From the NCBI GenBank assembly GCA_029060025.1, contig JAIDUV010000026.1, positions 29,260 to 93,259 on the forward strand: a stretch of DNA of 64,000 nt, given 5' to 3'. The notes beneath the pieces are model-generated. The model was not told where the DNA came from. It worked only from the letters and a program-made list of their open reading frames with translations, and ran no database searches. The position numbers were made by a program, and so were the translations under genes. This DNA comes from Clostridia bacterium. Its GTDB lineage: Bacteria; Bacillota; Clostridia; Christensenellales; UBA3700. How positions within the stretch are numbered: position 1 is the stretch's first letter; the number at the start of each line of letters is the position of its first letter. Positions 62,579 to 64,000 of the stretch are shown piece by piece.

Positions 62579-63928
62579 ATGTATTCAAGCAACGAAATTA
62601 TAGAAACGATAAATATGATTTCCCAACAGCACCTCGACGTGCGTACTATTACGTTGGGAATATCTCTATTTGACTGTATTACCGACAGCAAACAGCGTAC
62701 TTGCGATAAGATATACGACAAGATTATGTCAAAAGCTCGCAATCTCGTAAAAATCGGCAACGATATATCTAGCGAACTAGGCATACCTATCGTCAATAAG
62801 CGTATATCAGTCACGCCGATATCTCTCGTATCGGCAGTAAGCAAAGGACACCTAGAGATAATTCGCACTCTCGACAAGATAGCCGACGAAACGGGCATAG
62901 ATTTCTTGGGTGGCTACTCTGCTCTCGTACATAAAGCAATGACCCCGTATGAAAGAGAGTTTTTGCTCTCCATACCTGAGGCGCTTTCGACGACGAACAA
63001 GATATGTTCGTCTATTAACGTGGCTACTTCCAAGGCGGGTATAAATATGGACGCCGTCGCGCTAATGGGCAAAATCGTAAAGGAATGCGCGTACCTCACA
63101 AAAGATAAAGACAGTATAGCTTGCGCTAAACTTGTGGTATTTGCCAACGCAGTTGAGGATAACCCGTTTATGGCTGGCGCTTTCCTCGGAGCCGGCGAGG
63201 ACGACACCGTCGTCAACGTAGGCGTATCCGGACCTGGCGTAGTTAAAACAGCTTTGGAAAAATGCAACGGCGATTTGACTGACGTAGCGGAATGTATAAA
63301 GCAAACGGCTTTTAAGATAACGAGAGTCGGTCAACTCGTAGCTAGAGAGGCAAGCAAACGCCTCAATGCAAGTTGCGGTATAGTAGACCTATCTCTAGCC
63401 CCCACCCCAGTGATTGGAGATTCGGTGGCGCATATACTCGAAGAAATCGGCTTACAGAGCGTGGGCGCGCACGGCACGACGGCTTGCCTTGCAATGCTCA
63501 ACGACGCTGTAAAGAAAGGCGGTATTATGGCTTGCTCCAACGTGGGCGGGCTGTCAGGCGCGTTTATCCCCGTATCAGAGGACGCAGGAATGATAAAAGC
63601 TACGCAGATAGGCGCTTTGAGTTTTGACAAACTCGAGGCGATGACGGCAGTATGTTCCGTAGGTTTGGATATGATAGCTATCCCCGGCGACACTACCGCA
63701 GACGTAATATCAGGAATTATCGCAGACGAAATAGCAATAGGCGTAGTCAATACTAAGACTACCGCAGTGAGAGTAATTCCGGTATACGGCAAAAAGGCAG
63801 GAGATACGGCTGAGTTCGGCGGACTTCTCGGCACTGCGCCAATTATGAACATCAACACCTATTCCCCGTCAAAATTTATATCGAGAGGCGGACGCATACC
63901 TGCTCCGTTGCATAGTAATAAGAACTAA
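62579..63928 (+). CDS. UPF0210 (DUF711, PFL-like) family protein
   Basis: [25 protein letters not shown] is the family's N-terminal signature. Start set to ATG 62579, since the track start at 62573 is a TTG overlapping the ACT stop. Confidence 0.85.
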   Translation: MYSSNEIIETINMISQQHLDVRTITLGISLFDCITDSKQRTCDKIYDKIMSKARNLVKIGNDISSELGIPIVNKRISVTPISLVSAVSKGHLEIIRTLDKIADETGIDFLGGYSALVHKAMTPYEREFLLSIPEALSTTNKICSSINVATSKAGINMDAVALMGKIVKECAYLTKDKDSIACAKLVVFANAVEDNPFMAGAFLGAGEDDTVVNVGVSGPGVVKTALEKCNGDLTDVAECIKQTAFKITRVGQLVAREASKRLNASCGIVDLSLAPTPVIGDSVAHILEEIGLQSVGAHGTTACLAMLNDAVKKGGIMACSNVGGLSGAFIPVSEDAGMIKATQIGALSFDKLEAMTAVCSVGLDMIAIPGDTTADVISGIIADEIAIGVVNTKTTAVRVIPVYGKKAGDTAEFGGLLGTAPIMNINTYSPSKFISRGGRIPAPLHSNKN

Positions 63929-63929
63929 G

Positions 63930-64000
63930 ATGAATATAGAAGGCAAAAACCCTGTCAAGGAAGCCCTTGACTCCAACATAGCAATCTCAAAGATTTGCAT
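63930..64000 (+). CDS. TrmH/RlmB-family rRNA 2'-O-methyltransferase, first 23 codons only (runs off the window)
   Basis: MNIEGKNPVKEALDSNIAISKIC resembles the EGxNPVxEAL N-terminus of RlmB/YacO. Very little sequence is available. Confidence 0.4.
   Translation, partial: MNIEGKNPVKEALDSNIAISKIC

Noticed and set aside
1-64000. Search for tRNA, rRNA, tmRNA, CRISPR arrays, transposases, integrases and prophage structural genes
   Set aside because: I found no T-loop (GGTTCGAATCC-like) or rRNA signatures, no short regularly spaced direct repeats, and no ORF with DDE, tyrosine- or serine-recombinase or phage motifs. This was a by-eye scan only, so short ncRNAs could have been missed.

Overview
A low-GC chromosomal segment that looks like Bacillota (Clostridia-like), judged by gene content and synteny only. 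It carries about 60 protein genes, roughly 80% on the minus strand. I saw no rRNA, tRNA, CRISPR array, transposase or integrase. Most of it is housekeeping: glgB (partial), ung, a pyrB-pyrC-pyrF-pyrK-pyrD-pyrE operon translationally coupled to punA and mtaD, an AsnC/aminotransferase pair, an ABC-F ATPase, the yaaO-tmk-holB-yaaT block, greA, rex, dnaB/dnaI-type helicase loaders, pgk-tpiA-gpmI, lepB and the ACT/UPF0210 pair. The accessory or unusual parts are: (1) a tightly coupled seven-gene minus-strand operon (8026-15226) that joins an ECF importer module, whose duplicated ATPase is frameshifted, to a heterodimeric ABC exporter, a NEAT-like lipoprotein and a Cys-rich YgbA_NO protein; (2) a 1623-aa surface lipoprotein with Listeria/Bacteroides-type repeats and BspA-type LRRs; (3) a family of about 160-nt fold-back intergenic repeats (four copies plus one end fragment), all sitting at the 3' ends of minus-strand genes, with copy-specific but self-complementary outer arms; (4) a 242-nt, roughly 57% GC, hairpin-rich spacer between pyrB and pyrC that no ORF explains; (5) an ABC-2 exporter operon with three paralogous lipoproteins, two of them a recent tandem duplicate; (6) a low-GC islet with two paralogous 68-69-aa proteins, a tandem-HTH regulator and a Cys-rich orphan. 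Two short genes missing from the ORF track were found by eye: a 56-aa 2x[4Fe-4S] ferredoxin and a 39-aa Cys-tailed peptide. All functional calls come from motif recognition and memory of families. No database search was run.
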